Under the pieces are notes generated by a model. The model was given only the letters and a program-made list of their open reading frames with translations, was not told the origin of the DNA and searched no databases. A stretch of 64,000 nt of DNA from Candidatus Bruticola sp. (GTDB taxonomy: Bacteria; Vulcanimicrobiota; Xenobia; Xenobiales; Xenobiaceae). Shown here piece by piece: positions 26,306 through 36,253 of this stretch. The translations under genes were made by a program, and so were the position numbers. The DNA lies in assembly GCA_051874735.1 (NCBI GenBank), contig JBJEGD010000016.1:33809-97808 (forward strand), in the 5' to 3' direction. Within the stretch, counting starts at the first letter, position 1. Each line of letters begins with the position of its first letter.

Positions 26306-26351
26306 TAAAAAGCCTTCAGTTAGCTTATGGCCTCTGGAGGCTCTTCTTTTT
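26306..26351. terminator. Bidirectional terminator-like hairpin
   Basis: agccttcag / ctggaggct stem with an A-run before it and cttcttttt after it. Confidence 0.65.
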
Positions 26352-26446
26352 ATCTGTCAATATCGGTCTATAAGGATGCCGTTTCAAGTGGTTGTCTGTA
26401 AATAGACATGGCCTAATAGCACTTTTTGTTGCACTAATTCAGCTAA

Positions 26447-27028
26447 CTATTTTTTTGTGCAGACGTATACGAAGGCTGGGGGAAGATTTTTCCAAATTAT
26501 GCGCGACTTTTCTACTGTAGAAAACTTATTCTTAATTTTCCTGGCGAAACGGCGTCCAGCTGGAAGTAGCAGCCCCTGTAAGTAGGCGAAAGTTACGAAG
26601 CGTCCGCCTGGACGCATATATTGGAGCACAGGATCGAGAAGTAGATTTTGTAGATCGTCACTAAAAGCCGCCCATGGTAAACCGCTGATGACAGCGTCAA
26701 CCTGAGTTAGATTGCGTTCTTTGAGTAAACGGGGCAGCTCAGCAGCTGAATCACAACATATATCTGCTTGAGGTAGCTCTTTTTTTAAAATGTCCACCAG
26801 CGATTCATTTTGTTCAATAGTAAAAAACTGCGACTGCTTAGGCTTGCGCTTGAGAATTTCCTTAGTAAACACGCCAGTGCCGGCTCCGAATTCGACAATT
26901 ACTTCAGCTCGATCTGTTCTTGCTTGAGCGACAATTTCTTCAGCTAACTCTTGTGAACTAGGATAGATAGCTCCGACTTGTCCAGGTTTCTTAAAAAACT
27001 CACGTAAAAATGTTAAAGAGTTACTCAT
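26447..27028 (-). CDS. SAM-dependent methyltransferase, phospholipid N-methyltransferase (PmtA-like) family
   Basis: FLREFFKKPGQVGAIYPSS, VEFGAGTG, VISGLPW, NLPPAFVY. Confidence 0.8.
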   Translation of the reverse strand: MSNSLTFLREFFKKPGQVGAIYPSSQELAEEIVAQARTDRAEVIVEFGAGTGVFTKEILKRKPKQSQFFTIEQNESLVDILKKELPQADICCDSAAELPRLLKERNLTQVDAVISGLPWAAFSDDLQNLLLDPVLQYMRPGGRFVTFAYLQGLLLPAGRRFARKIKNKFSTVEKSRIIWKNLPPAFVYVCTKK

Positions 27029-27465
27029 TTGTTGTCTACTCGAGCTGGTGATGAATTTTAAAATTGGCTCGCCATTTGCAAGTTATAGCTGTGATGACTA
27101 TTGGGGAAATTGTCTAAGCTAAGCACACCTCTTACTTATAGCATATAAAGCGGCTTTTGGCAATTTTGTTTTTATGGAATCTATTCATATGTTTTAGGTG
27201 AGCTGACAACTAAATACAGCTGCTGCCCAGATAAAGATTTGAGGTAACTATATACTTGTGTTAGGTAAGAAGGCAGAGAAACTCGATTCTAGCAGGTAAT
27301 TAGCATTCTTTTAGCCAAATTCTAGCTGGATAATGACCTGAGGCTGTCTCTGTTGTTCATTAAGAATTTTTAGAATCAGCCGTCAGCCTCGAATGCACGC
27401 GAAATTTTTGGTCCTTTTTCTTCTTAGGGGCGCCGAGTTTATCGAAGTTATTGGGAGTGGCTCGT

Positions 27466-30279
27466 ATGGCAGATGAACGTCAAATTTTGATTGCTAGTTT
27501 GCGCGAACATTTTGAAGGCATTGTTGAAGCTGCGGATCTTTATCTGCAGGGATTAAGCAGTGAAATGGCTGGTAAGGAAGAGCTAGAGGCTGCTCGTGGA
27601 GCGAATAGTGTACTAAAATCTGAATGCTCCGACTGGCGCAAGCGAGCTATTGAAGCTAACAAAATGGTAAAAGATCTTAAGCACAAGGTCGCTAAGTTAG
27701 AAGAGCGTTGTATTAAGACGCATCAGCTTTGCTTCAACGTTATAGAAAGCTTAAGTTCATATGAGCCAGAATTGTACAAAAAATACCAGGCAGCTCTGCA
27801 AGAACTTGAAGCGTCATCTACGGAGTTAGATCGTACTACTTCTGATCGCACTGAACAAGATAAAAATAACTCTGATCAAGATTCCGAACAGAAGAAAAGT
27901 TCTGATGAGTGTGCGGTCGAGTCTGCCGTTAAATTAAAGAACGAGCCTGCCCAAATAGAGTCTACTCAGGAAGAGACTCTTGTGTCTGCAACTGGCAACG
28001 AAACAGATGAAAGTGTTACTGCTGTAGCATCTACAGATACGGCTGTTCCTGCTGCTTCGGTCAATGTTAATACTGAGCATAAGGAACCTGGGGCTCAAGT
28101 TGAATCTGAGGTTAGGAGTGCTGTCGATCAGACGGCAGAAATTAAAAAGGAGGCAGATTTCCAGCCTATAACAGAGATTGTACCCTCAGTTGATGATATG
28201 CAGCACAAGGTGCGTGCTGATAATAAAGCCGCTTTAAAGAAACTCATTAGAGTTTCTATGTCATCGGGGCGAGGGCTCAAAGGCATAAAAGCCGCTGAAG
28301 TCGGACGTAAAAAAGTTAGCGATGCTAAAGGAGCCTCAGAGACTAGTAAAGAGAGCGCTGAAGCAGATTCTACTTCCTCTTCTGATAAAACTGAGGATAC
28401 TCCCGATCCTCCTGAGGGGGTAGCTCCAGGTGGTTCGATCGCAGCCACTTCAAGTTCGTCTGTAAATTTTGAAAGTCTAGACAAATCTGATGAAAGTAAC
28501 TCTAATTTTGAACCAGTCGCCGATCAGAGCAGAGAGTCTGAAGCTGTTAAAGAAGAATTTATAGAAAATAATAGCAGACTTAAACTACCCTTTTTAACTA
28601 AAGGTCGTTTAAAGGACAGTTTGGAAGTTGCGCTCGATAAGACGCTCGGCGGCCGCCTTAATTCTATTGAAGATATTGTTAATCAAACTGAGACCGATGT
28701 TAAATTGTCTAATTTAGAATTGCTTTCCCAGTTTGGTGAGGATATTCACTTTATCGTCAGTGAAGATAAGCAGCTTATAGAAGAGGTTAAAGTAGGTTTA
28801 GATCTTTCTGAAAAAGGCGAATACGATGCCGCTTTGGCAAAGTTCGCTAAATTATTGCGCCAAGACGGGGCTTTGCTGCAACCCTGTTTGGCGATTCTGC
28901 ACACTTATGTCAACATTGCTCGCTGGGAAGACGCCTATAAGACAGGCATATCACTTGTTTACGATACTTACCCTACGCAGTATTGGGATAAGTATATTGC
29001 TGACATGGTGCAGGTTCTAGTTCATAAGCTAGAGTCAGCCAATAGCGATGTAGAGATTAAACGATTGATCTTTGAATTGGCCTTGCTACATGCCAAATAT
29101 CCGGTTACAGCTCGGAAATTCTTAAGTTTAGCTTCATCTATTTCTGAAAAAATCCGCGAAGACGCGGCGATACATTATTATTTGCTGAAGCTTGGTGTAT
29201 CCTCTGATTCTGTTGAGACAACGATTGAAGCTCTGCAGGAAATAACTTGTTGTCCGGAACTTTTTGACGAACTTTTTATGCAGGCCAAGAAAACTGTCAA
29301 CAGGAGCAAAGCTCCGATACTTAACATGATTGAAGCTTTGTATCTAAATAGCAAAGAAGAGGCTAAAAAGGTTGAGGATCGGTCGGTAAGCTTAGTTCCT
29401 TTAGGACCTGTGCAAATTTCGCCTTCCGATATTGAACGTTTTCACAGTCAAGCGACTTCCGGGAAAGTGCTGAGCTTTATGCTCGATGAATTATTTCCTA
29501 GGTCGGAGTTTAGCCCGCCTGTGTGGCCGGAGCGTTTCAAAAACATTCTTGAATCATCCAAAATTATTCCGCTCCATTTTGGGCCCGCCAAAGTTTTTGA
29601 GCGTCTGAATGCACGCACTTTTAAGTTTAAAGGAGTTGAACTGCGTTATTACGACGGCAAAGAACTTTTCTTTGTTAAGGCTGCCGAATCTGAAGAGGGC
29701 AAGACTTTTATTTTACACGCCAAATTAGCTGAACTGACCCCAGTTGAACAGCAGTTCATTATATTACGCAAGTGTTTCCAACTCTATCACCGGCATACTC
29801 GTCTTTGGCATGCTCGTCTTTCACTAGATGATACGATGGTCTGTCGTCTGCTCAGCACCGTAGTGGAAATGTCTGTGGAAAATGGAGCAGAAGTATCTGC
29901 TTCGCTTATAAAGGTAGTGAAGAATTATGACGCCGATACTTCAAACTTATATAGGAGAATTTCTGAAACTATCACCCGTCTTTACAGGGCTACGGGAGAT
30001 AAGCATTTCTTAAGTTTAAAAGAGTTCTTATTCGCTAAGCGTCCCTTTACTTCAACGTTGGATGGAGACGCCAATAGGTTCGCGGCCAAATCGGTAGGTA
30101 TTACTGAAGCTTCTTACGGATTAGCTCGTCTTTTTGCCGGCATGCGATCCGATTATGATGTTTTAGCCAACAATGGTTTCTGTGCTCTTTACGCAGATCT
30201 TCAGCCTAAAGATGAGTTCTTGCGCAAATCTCTGCAGCTGTTATGGACATCTTATTTGTCGGCCAGCAACTATATTTAA
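27466..30279 (+). CDS. Large hypothetical protein: coiled coil, acidic disordered linker, TPR-like helices, degenerate M48-like C-terminus
   Basis: About 940-aa ORF; ATG 27466 with GGGAG; GEYDAALAKF TPR-like segment. Confidence 0.75.
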   Translation: MADERQILIASLREHFEGIVEAADLYLQGLSSEMAGKEELEAARGANSVLKSECSDWRKRAIEANKMVKDLKHKVAKLEERCIKTHQLCFNVIESLSSYEPELYKKYQAALQELEASSTELDRTTSDRTEQDKNNSDQDSEQKKSSDECAVESAVKLKNEPAQIESTQEETLVSATGNETDESVTAVASTDTAVPAASVNVNTEHKEPGAQVESEVRSAVDQTAEIKKEADFQPITEIVPSVDDMQHKVRADNKAALKKLIRVSMSSGRGLKGIKAAEVGRKKVSDAKGASETSKESAEADSTSSSDKTEDTPDPPEGVAPGGSIAATSSSSVNFESLDKSDESNSNFEPVADQSRESEAVKEEFIENNSRLKLPFLTKGRLKDSLEVALDKTLGGRLNSIEDIVNQTETDVKLSNLELLSQFGEDIHFIVSEDKQLIEEVKVGLDLSEKGEYDAALAKFAKLLRQDGALLQPCLAILHTYVNIARWEDAYKTGISLVYDTYPTQYWDKYIADMVQVLVHKLESANSDVEIKRLIFELALLHAKYPVTARKFLSLASSISEKIREDAAIHYYLLKLGVSSDSVETTIEALQEITCCPELFDELFMQAKKTVNRSKAPILNMIEALYLNSKEEAKKVEDRSVSLVPLGPVQISPSDIERFHSQATSGKVLSFMLDELFPRSEFSPPVWPERFKNILESSKIIPLHFGPAKVFERLNARTFKFKGVELRYYDGKELFFVKAAESEEGKTFILHAKLAELTPVEQQFIILRKCFQLYHRHTRLWHARLSLDDTMVCRLLSTVVEMSVENGAEVSASLIKVVKNYDADTSNLYRRISETITRLYRATGDKHFLSLKEFLFAKRPFTSTLDGDANRFAAKSVGITEASYGLARLFAGMRSDYDVLANNGFCALYADLQPKDEFLRKSLQLLWTSYLSASNYI

Positions 30280-30307
30280 TATGTAAAAATGAGGGAGTGT
30301 TTGCTTT

Positions 30308-31024
30308 ATGAAGAAATACTTTGCTGAATTTATGGGTACGGCTATGCTGGTCTTTTTTGGATGTGGTGCAGCAATTTTGCATAAGCTTCCCAATATTCAT
30401 GAAGGTATCGGTTATTTAGGAGTGGCCTTGGCTTTCGGGCTAGTTCTTATGGTGCTAGTTTATTCAATAGGATCTATTTCTGGATGCCATGTTAATCCAG
30501 CCGTTTCATTGTCTATGATGATTTTAGGGCGGATGGAGTCTAAAGATTTTATTCCTTATTTAGTAGCTCAAGTTATGGGAGCGTTTGTGGGAGCTTTTAT
30601 GCTTTACGCTTTGGTAGGCGGACATGAAACCCTGGGCATAGCTGAAGGGGGGTTCGGATGTAACGGTTTTGGAAATCTAAGTAATGCTAATTTGAGCGCT
30701 ATGATGGCTTTTTTAGCTGAAGTTATTCTAACCTTCTTCTTTGTCTCCACGGTAATTTTTGTATCTTCAAAGCCTGAATACGCTAATGTTGCCGGCCTGA
30801 TTATTGGTTTATGTTTAGCTCTGGTGCATATTGTGGGCCTTCCTTTAACTGGTACTTCCGTTAATCCCGCTCGCAGTTTAGCTCCAGCTTGTCTTAAGGG
30901 AGGATTGGCTTTGACTCAGGTATGGGTTTTTATTATCGCTCCCTTAGTAGGTGGAAGTTTGGCTGCCTTCTATAATATGGCTTTAGGAAACGATGAAGTT
31001 CCTGAAGAAAATCAGCAGATATAG
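30308..31024 (+). CDS. aqpZ: Aquaporin (MIP family, AqpZ-like)
   Basis: SGCHVNPAVS and GTSVNPARS (two NPA boxes); multiple hydrophobic helices. Confidence 0.92.
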   Translation: MKKYFAEFMGTAMLVFFGCGAAILHKLPNIHEGIGYLGVALAFGLVLMVLVYSIGSISGCHVNPAVSLSMMILGRMESKDFIPYLVAQVMGAFVGAFMLYALVGGHETLGIAEGGFGCNGFGNLSNANLSAMMAFLAEVILTFFFVSTVIFVSSKPEYANVAGLIIGLCLALVHIVGLPLTGTSVNPARSLAPACLKGGLALTQVWVFIIAPLVGGSLAAFYNMALGNDEVPEENQQI

Positions 31025-31089
31025 CGTTTGATATTTATTTCTGTGTTAATTGAGGGCCAGATTCGCTAGAAGAGCGTTTGGCAGCCCTG

Positions 31090-31124
31090 TAAACGGCCGA
31101 GCTTGGCTCGAGCCGTTTATTTTT
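31090..31124 (+). terminator. Intrinsic terminator
   Basis: taaacggc...gccgttta stem followed by a T-run. Confidence 0.75.
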
Positions 31125-31172
31125 ATATCATGACCATAATCGTATAAGAATACTTAATGGGATATCAGTAAT

Positions 31173-32108
31173 ATGCTTAATAAAAAAGCGGCTAGAAATA
31201 AAACTATAGATACATCTGTAAGTGCGGGAGATATATATTTAAAACGTTGTATCTCTGTTAGGGAAAAGCCCAATTCGCTTGAAGAAGTGATCGATAAAAC
31301 GATACTGGGAGATACTTTTGATATTTGTCGTTGGCTGCCCCCCAACAGCATAGATTTAATTATTGCCGATCCTCCCTATAATTTAACTAAATCGTTTAAT
31401 GGGACTACTTTTTCCAAGAAGAAGGATTTTGAGTACCGAGAATACACCCATCAATGGCTGACGGCGATAAAGCCCTTGTTGAAAATTACTGGATCAATAT
31501 ACGTATGCTGTGATTGGGAAAGTAGTCTAATTATTGGCAGTGTGCTGAGAGAATATTTTTGTGTCAGAAACCGTATTACTTGGCAACGTGAGAAAGGACG
31601 CGGAGCTAAGGCTAACTGGAAAAACAGCATGGAAGATATTTGGTTTGCTACTAGCAGTAATGATTTCACTTTTAATATAGATGCGGTAAAAATTAGAAAG
31701 AAGGTAATAGCTCCTTATCGTGTTGACGGTAAACCAAAAGATTGGACTGAATCTGAAAGTGGTAATTATCGTGATACTTGTCCATCTAATTTTTGGAACG
31801 ATATCACTATTCCGTTTTGGTCCATGGCAGAAAATACGGCTCATCCTACTCAAAAGCCAGAGAAGTTAATCGCTAAAATGATACTTGCTTCATCATTAGA
31901 GGGCGATCTCGTGTTTGATCCTTTTTTGGGGTCGGGTACTACAAGCGTAGTGTCTAAAAAGTTAAGACGCCATTTTTTAGGTATTGAAATCGAGCCCCAA
32001 TATTGTGTCTGGGCTGAACAGCGTTTAGCTATGGCTGATAATAATACTGAAATTCAAGGTTACGCAGACGGCGTGTTTTGGGAACGCAATTTTAATGTTC
32101 TTTCTTAG
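31173..32108 (+). CDS. Orphan N6-adenine/N4-cytosine DNA methyltransferase (beta class)
   Basis: DPPY precedes HPTQKP and DPFLGSGTT; no endonuclease gene adjacent. Confidence 0.92.
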   Translation: MLNKKAARNKTIDTSVSAGDIYLKRCISVREKPNSLEEVIDKTILGDTFDICRWLPPNSIDLIIADPPYNLTKSFNGTTFSKKKDFEYREYTHQWLTAIKPLLKITGSIYVCCDWESSLIIGSVLREYFCVRNRITWQREKGRGAKANWKNSMEDIWFATSSNDFTFNIDAVKIRKKVIAPYRVDGKPKDWTESESGNYRDTCPSNFWNDITIPFWSMAENTAHPTQKPEKLIAKMILASSLEGDLVFDPFLGSGTTSVVSKKLRRHFLGIEIEPQYCVWAEQRLAMADNNTEIQGYADGVFWERNFNVLS

Positions 32109-32226
32109 ATTTATTCCCAGACTGTACCCCTGTTGTTTTCAGCTCGAGTTTAAGGCCTGACAAAAATAGTAGGATAAACTGTGCATTGACAAATGATGGT
32201 TGTATTTCATAAATTGTTAGAGCAAA

Positions 32227-32287
32227 AAACGCTTCGCGCCGCTTATTTTGCTTTTATAGTCAAGCAATAAAGAGCCCGAAGCGTTTT
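32227..32287. terminator. Long interrupted hairpin between convergent genes
   Basis: aaaacgcttcg / cgaagcgtttt outer stem with an inner ttgctt/aagcaa stem. Confidence 0.55.
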
Positions 32288-32403
32288 CCATGTAAAATTA
32301 ACTAAATTCAGCTGTAAACTAGCTTAGATAAGCTTAGCTTGGGCAAGCTGCAAAGTAGTTGTTGTTTTAAACTGGCGCCGAAAGTAGGCTAGTTATTCTA
32401 TTT

Positions 32404-33978
32404 TCACACGAAGTGATCGGGAACTGGTTCGGGCTGTTCAGGTCCTAAACATCCTTCCCATTTAGCTACTACAGCTGAAGCTAGGCAGTTGCCAATAACG
32501 TTGCATGAAGTGCGGCACATATCCATAAGCTGATCTACACCAACTATGGCTAAAATAGGCCATTCTGGCAGGTTAAAGCTAGCAGCTGAACCGAGAAGTA
32601 TTACTAAAGACGCTCTGGGAACGCCAGCTACTCCCTTACTAGTAATAAGCAGAGTAATTAGAATAGCTATTTGAGTCTCCATTGGCAGGTTAATGCCTGC
32701 AGCCTGAGCTACAAAAATAGAGGCTAAGGACAAGTACAATGTGGTGCCATCTAAGTTAAAGCTGTAACCTATAGGCATAACAAAGGCTACGATATGGCGG
32801 GGAACACCAAAACGCTCCATTTTTTCCATAGCTAAAGGCAAAGCAGCTTCTGATGAAGCTGTAGCAAAAGCTAATGTAGCTGGTTCGGCGATACGTTTGA
32901 AGAAACGTATAGGATTTATGCTGCAGATCAGCATAGTTGGCACTAATATTACTAAAATAAATACAATAATTGTAATATAGAAAGTTGCTACTAGGTACCC
33001 CAGATTGTATAAAATACCCAGCCCCATATCGGCTACAGTGCAGGCTATAGCTCCTCCTACACCTAAGGGAGCCGAATACATAACTAAGTTGGTGTATTTA
33101 AACATGGTTTCCGCTAAGCTCTCCATGACGTCCATGATGGGCTTGCGCTTTTGCAGGGGAACCTGGGCTACGGCAATACCGAACAAACAGCTGAAGACTA
33201 CAATCTGCAATACTTCATTTTCGGCTACCGATTTAGCAATATTCTCAGGGAAAGCGTGCAGAATAATTTGGCTAGTAGTCTGCGGCTTAGCTGCTTGAAT
33301 AGTTTCAATCTGACTGGGTTGTTTAATCCCTTCGCCAGCTTTAGTTATATTGATGCTGACCAGTCCGACAATTAAAGCTAAAGTAGTAATAATCTCGAAG
33401 TAGATCAGCGCTTTTAATCCCATGCGTCCGACCTCTTTCAAATTAGAGTGGCCGGCAATACCTACAACTAAAGTAGAGAAAAGCAGGGGAGCAACTATAG
33501 TTTTAACTAATTTGAGGAATATTTTGCTGAGTATTCCCAATTTTATGCCAGTGTCGTGGAACGAATAGCCTATTTCTATGCCCAAGAACATGGCAATAAC
33601 GATCCAGGTTGTCAGATCTTTACGTTTAAAACCTAGAAAAACTAAAACGGAGCAGGCTAACCAGCGGCAGACAGAACAGGCTGCGGACATGTTAATGACA
33701 TCTGTCATTAGTGAATGGTGAGAGCAAATTCCAAAGGCTGAAGCTAAGACGGCTAAAACGGCGATGATTAAGAGGGCAATTTTAGAAGCTTTGTCCCAAG
33801 GGTTTCGAGGACTGGCTTTTTGAGGAGGGTGGCCCGATTGCTTTTCTGCTTCTTGACGTACATCTTGAACTGGTTCAGAAGCAGTCGCAGAGCTGTTAGA
33901 CTCTTTGGTTAAGGCGCTTTCGGAAGGAGTAGCAACTTGGGTTGGTTCCTTTAGTGGATCGTGGGAATTTTTCTCCAT
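32404..33978 (-). CDS. Dicarboxylate/amino acid:cation symporter (GltP/GltT family)
   Basis: FATASSEAALP, GYSFNLDGT, TSKGVAGVPRAS, MDMCRT; N-terminal polar extension. Confidence 0.93.
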   Translation of the reverse strand: MEKNSHDPLKEPTQVATPSESALTKESNSSATASEPVQDVRQEAEKQSGHPPQKASPRNPWDKASKIALLIIAVLAVLASAFGICSHHSLMTDVINMSAACSVCRWLACSVLVFLGFKRKDLTTWIVIAMFLGIEIGYSFHDTGIKLGILSKIFLKLVKTIVAPLLFSTLVVGIAGHSNLKEVGRMGLKALIYFEIITTLALIVGLVSINITKAGEGIKQPSQIETIQAAKPQTTSQIILHAFPENIAKSVAENEVLQIVVFSCLFGIAVAQVPLQKRKPIMDVMESLAETMFKYTNLVMYSAPLGVGGAIACTVADMGLGILYNLGYLVATFYITIIVFILVILVPTMLICSINPIRFFKRIAEPATLAFATASSEAALPLAMEKMERFGVPRHIVAFVMPIGYSFNLDGTTLYLSLASIFVAQAAGINLPMETQIAILITLLITSKGVAGVPRASLVILLGSAASFNLPEWPILAIVGVDQLMDMCRTSCNVIGNCLASAVVAKWEGCLGPEQPEPVPDHFV

Positions 33979-34352
33979 TCGTGTTAACCCTTTCAATTAT
34001 AAAGTTTGAATTAATGATCGATAACTAATTTATCACCGCCAGCGAATGAAAAGTATTCGTCTCTACATAATTAAAATCCTTTAATACCTAGAATAGGGGG
34101 GGAATTACCTGGTTAACATAGTTTAGTTACGCTTCTACAGCTAAGGCATGCTCGAGTAATTTACACTTATGATTTCTATTCATCTAATATAAAAAAATAT
34201 TATTTTTATAAAACTTTATATTTTAGAGGTTAGAGACATTTTTAAGTATAATTAGTTGTATTAGAGACGTAAGAGTTAGTTAATTGTAGTTTTAGCTGCT
34301 CATTACCATCATCTGTACAATAATTTGCCTAGGCTGCTTTCAGGTGCAATTT

Positions 34353-35381
34353 ATGAAGCGTTTTATTTATAATGTCTGTTGTATTGTAGTGTTTATTTCG
34401 GTGCTATTTATAGTCTCTGAATTATATTTAGCTCATAAGGGGGTAAGTATATGCTGGTACAGAGAACGTCAGCGTTATATGATAGAGCGAACTCCTCCTG
34501 CTCTTACTGAAGTAGCTAGGCGCTGTGGTTGGGGATACGATAAAAATTGGTGCAGTCAATCTGGTGAGGATCCGGAAGTTCTCCAGAATACAGGTGCGGA
34601 TGGCTTGCGCGTCTCTCGTCCTATCCTGAATAAGAAAGGGCGCCATCATACAGCCTTATTTGGATGCTCTTTTCTCTTTGGCGAAGGTGTAACCGATGAA
34701 GATAATGTGGTGTATCGTTTAAATGAACGCTATCCTAACGACGTCTTTGATAATTATGGCATCAGTGGTTACGGAGCGGTGCAGAGCCTTATAGCGATGA
34801 AGGCGGCCTTAAATCAGAATAAATACGATTTAATAGTTTATTGCGTTACGCGTCCGCAATTTAGCCGAAATCTTGAGAAGCGGGTTGTGGGTAATTTGCA
34901 TATCAATCAGTGCTACTGTTTAGCTCCTAGAATTGAATTTTATCCTAAGGGTACTTACAAAATTTTTGATAATTTTGACTTATTTTGGCCTGGCCAGGAT
35001 AAATTTTTAACTATTGAATGGTTGCACCGGGTCTATTTGGGCAGCTTTTACGATTTGGAAATTAAAAACAAAGTAAATTTTGAACGTACCAGAGAGCGTT
35101 ATAAGGTCATGAAAAAGATTATAGCGCTGATGCAGCAGGCTTGTCGAGAGAAAAAAGTGCGCTTTTTGGTGGCCAGCATTAGTGACGGAGCTGAAGGTGT
35201 TTTTCGTGACAGTCCTTTAGATACATCAATAGAATATATCAGTATCGATCATCCTCAATCTCTCGAAATTAAATACAAAGTTAAGAATGTTGAGACTAAT
35301 CATCCTAACAAGGAAGTACACGCTTACTGGGCTAAGAAGTTCTCTCAGTGGTATGATGAGAATATGCTGAAGGATAAATAA
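34353..35381 (+). CDS. Membrane-anchored SGNH/GDSL-hydrolase-like protein
   Basis: N-terminal TM; block I FGCSFLFG, block II NYGISGYG, block V HPN..H...A. Confidence 0.7.
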   Translation: MKRFIYNVCCIVVFISVLFIVSELYLAHKGVSICWYRERQRYMIERTPPALTEVARRCGWGYDKNWCSQSGEDPEVLQNTGADGLRVSRPILNKKGRHHTALFGCSFLFGEGVTDEDNVVYRLNERYPNDVFDNYGISGYGAVQSLIAMKAALNQNKYDLIVYCVTRPQFSRNLEKRVVGNLHINQCYCLAPRIEFYPKGTYKIFDNFDLFWPGQDKFLTIEWLHRVYLGSFYDLEIKNKVNFERTRERYKVMKKIIALMQQACREKKVRFLVASISDGAEGVFRDSPLDTSIEYISIDHPQSLEIKYKVKNVETNHPNKEVHAYWAKKFSQWYDENMLKDK

Positions 35382-35396
35382 GCTAATTCTTATCTG

Positions 35397-36206
35397 CTAA
35401 GTCTGCGGCTCTGATTTTTCGTCGGAATTCAGCTCATTGTGTCGTTGGTAGAAGATAGTCTGAGTCGTTTTAGAGAAAAGATTATTTTTATTGGTAGATG
35501 CTATTAGTGAGCGTAATTTGCGGCGCAGTTTGCCCATCTGCCGCCGGGTAGTCATCATAATTAACACTACGGTTAGACAGGCTGGAACTAAGAAAAAAAC
35601 TATTTCTCCGTAGGTTTTGAGCAGAATAGCCGCTCCTGAAGCTCCGGCGATAAAACACCCTATAATAGCGCAGTAATGATAAACTTTGTTTAGCTCTTTT
35701 TTGTCTTTGTAGATAAGGTATTTAAAGAGAGCTTCAGAGCTGCTGCGTAGGTTGCCGGTACACATAGTTGAAGCAAAGGGCAGTCCATTGACGCGCCTAA
35801 AGGTTTCTACTTGCATGGCACAGACAAAGGCTATTATAGCGTTGACTAGATAATCTAGCTCACCTTTAGGTATAAATATAATAACTGAAAGGCAGCATAT
35901 TTCTAAAAAAAGTACAGTTTGGTGCCAGCCTATTTTGTGAGCACAGGAAATTTTATGATGGAGCAATTCTGAGACTAAAACTCCGCAGGCGTAAGCTACA
36001 ATAGCAACAACATATTTGATGCACTGATTCCATTCACCATTGGCTATGTGCAAGCCGCAGAAGACCATATTTCCGGTAACAGCATTGGCAAATACCTCTC
36101 CGCGGAATAAGTAGCTGTATACATCTAAAAAACCGCCAGCTAAACTAAGTATGCAGGCTGCGGAGATGTGTTCGTTGTTGTTGTTTATAACGGCCGGAGT
36201 ACTCAT
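35397..36206 (-). CDS. YoaK / DUF1275 family membrane protein
   Basis: AGGFLDVYSY, FANAVTGN, AMQVETFR, STMCTGNLR. Confidence 0.9.
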   Translation of the reverse strand: MSTPAVINNNNEHISAACILSLAGGFLDVYSYLFRGEVFANAVTGNMVFCGLHIANGEWNQCIKYVVAIVAYACGVLVSELLHHKISCAHKIGWHQTVLFLEICCLSVIIFIPKGELDYLVNAIIAFVCAMQVETFRRVNGLPFASTMCTGNLRSSSEALFKYLIYKDKKELNKVYHYCAIIGCFIAGASGAAILLKTYGEIVFFLVPACLTVVLIMMTTRRQMGKLRRKLRSLIASTNKNNLFSKTTQTIFYQRHNELNSDEKSEPQT

Positions 36207-36253
36207 ACTGTGTATATAAACCTCTGTTTAGGCTCGAGAAAATATTATTTTTC

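Noticed and set aside
26102-26373. Short ORFs of 63-67 aa over the GC-rich island
   Set aside because: No convincing RBS or protein features; RNA structure explains the composition better
27194-27230. TTAGGTGAG...ATACAGCTGCTGCCC resembles the 5' part of the M-box (ykoK) riboswitch
   Set aside because: The downstream conserved blocks I recall (GACGCCAATGGG, GCTAAAGCTC) are absent and the downstream gene is not a metal transporter; cmscan would settle it
34000-34024. TAAAGTTT...ATCGATAA as a second sigma28 promoter
   Set aside because: Spacer is 9 nt rather than 11 and the next + strand start is about 330 nt away
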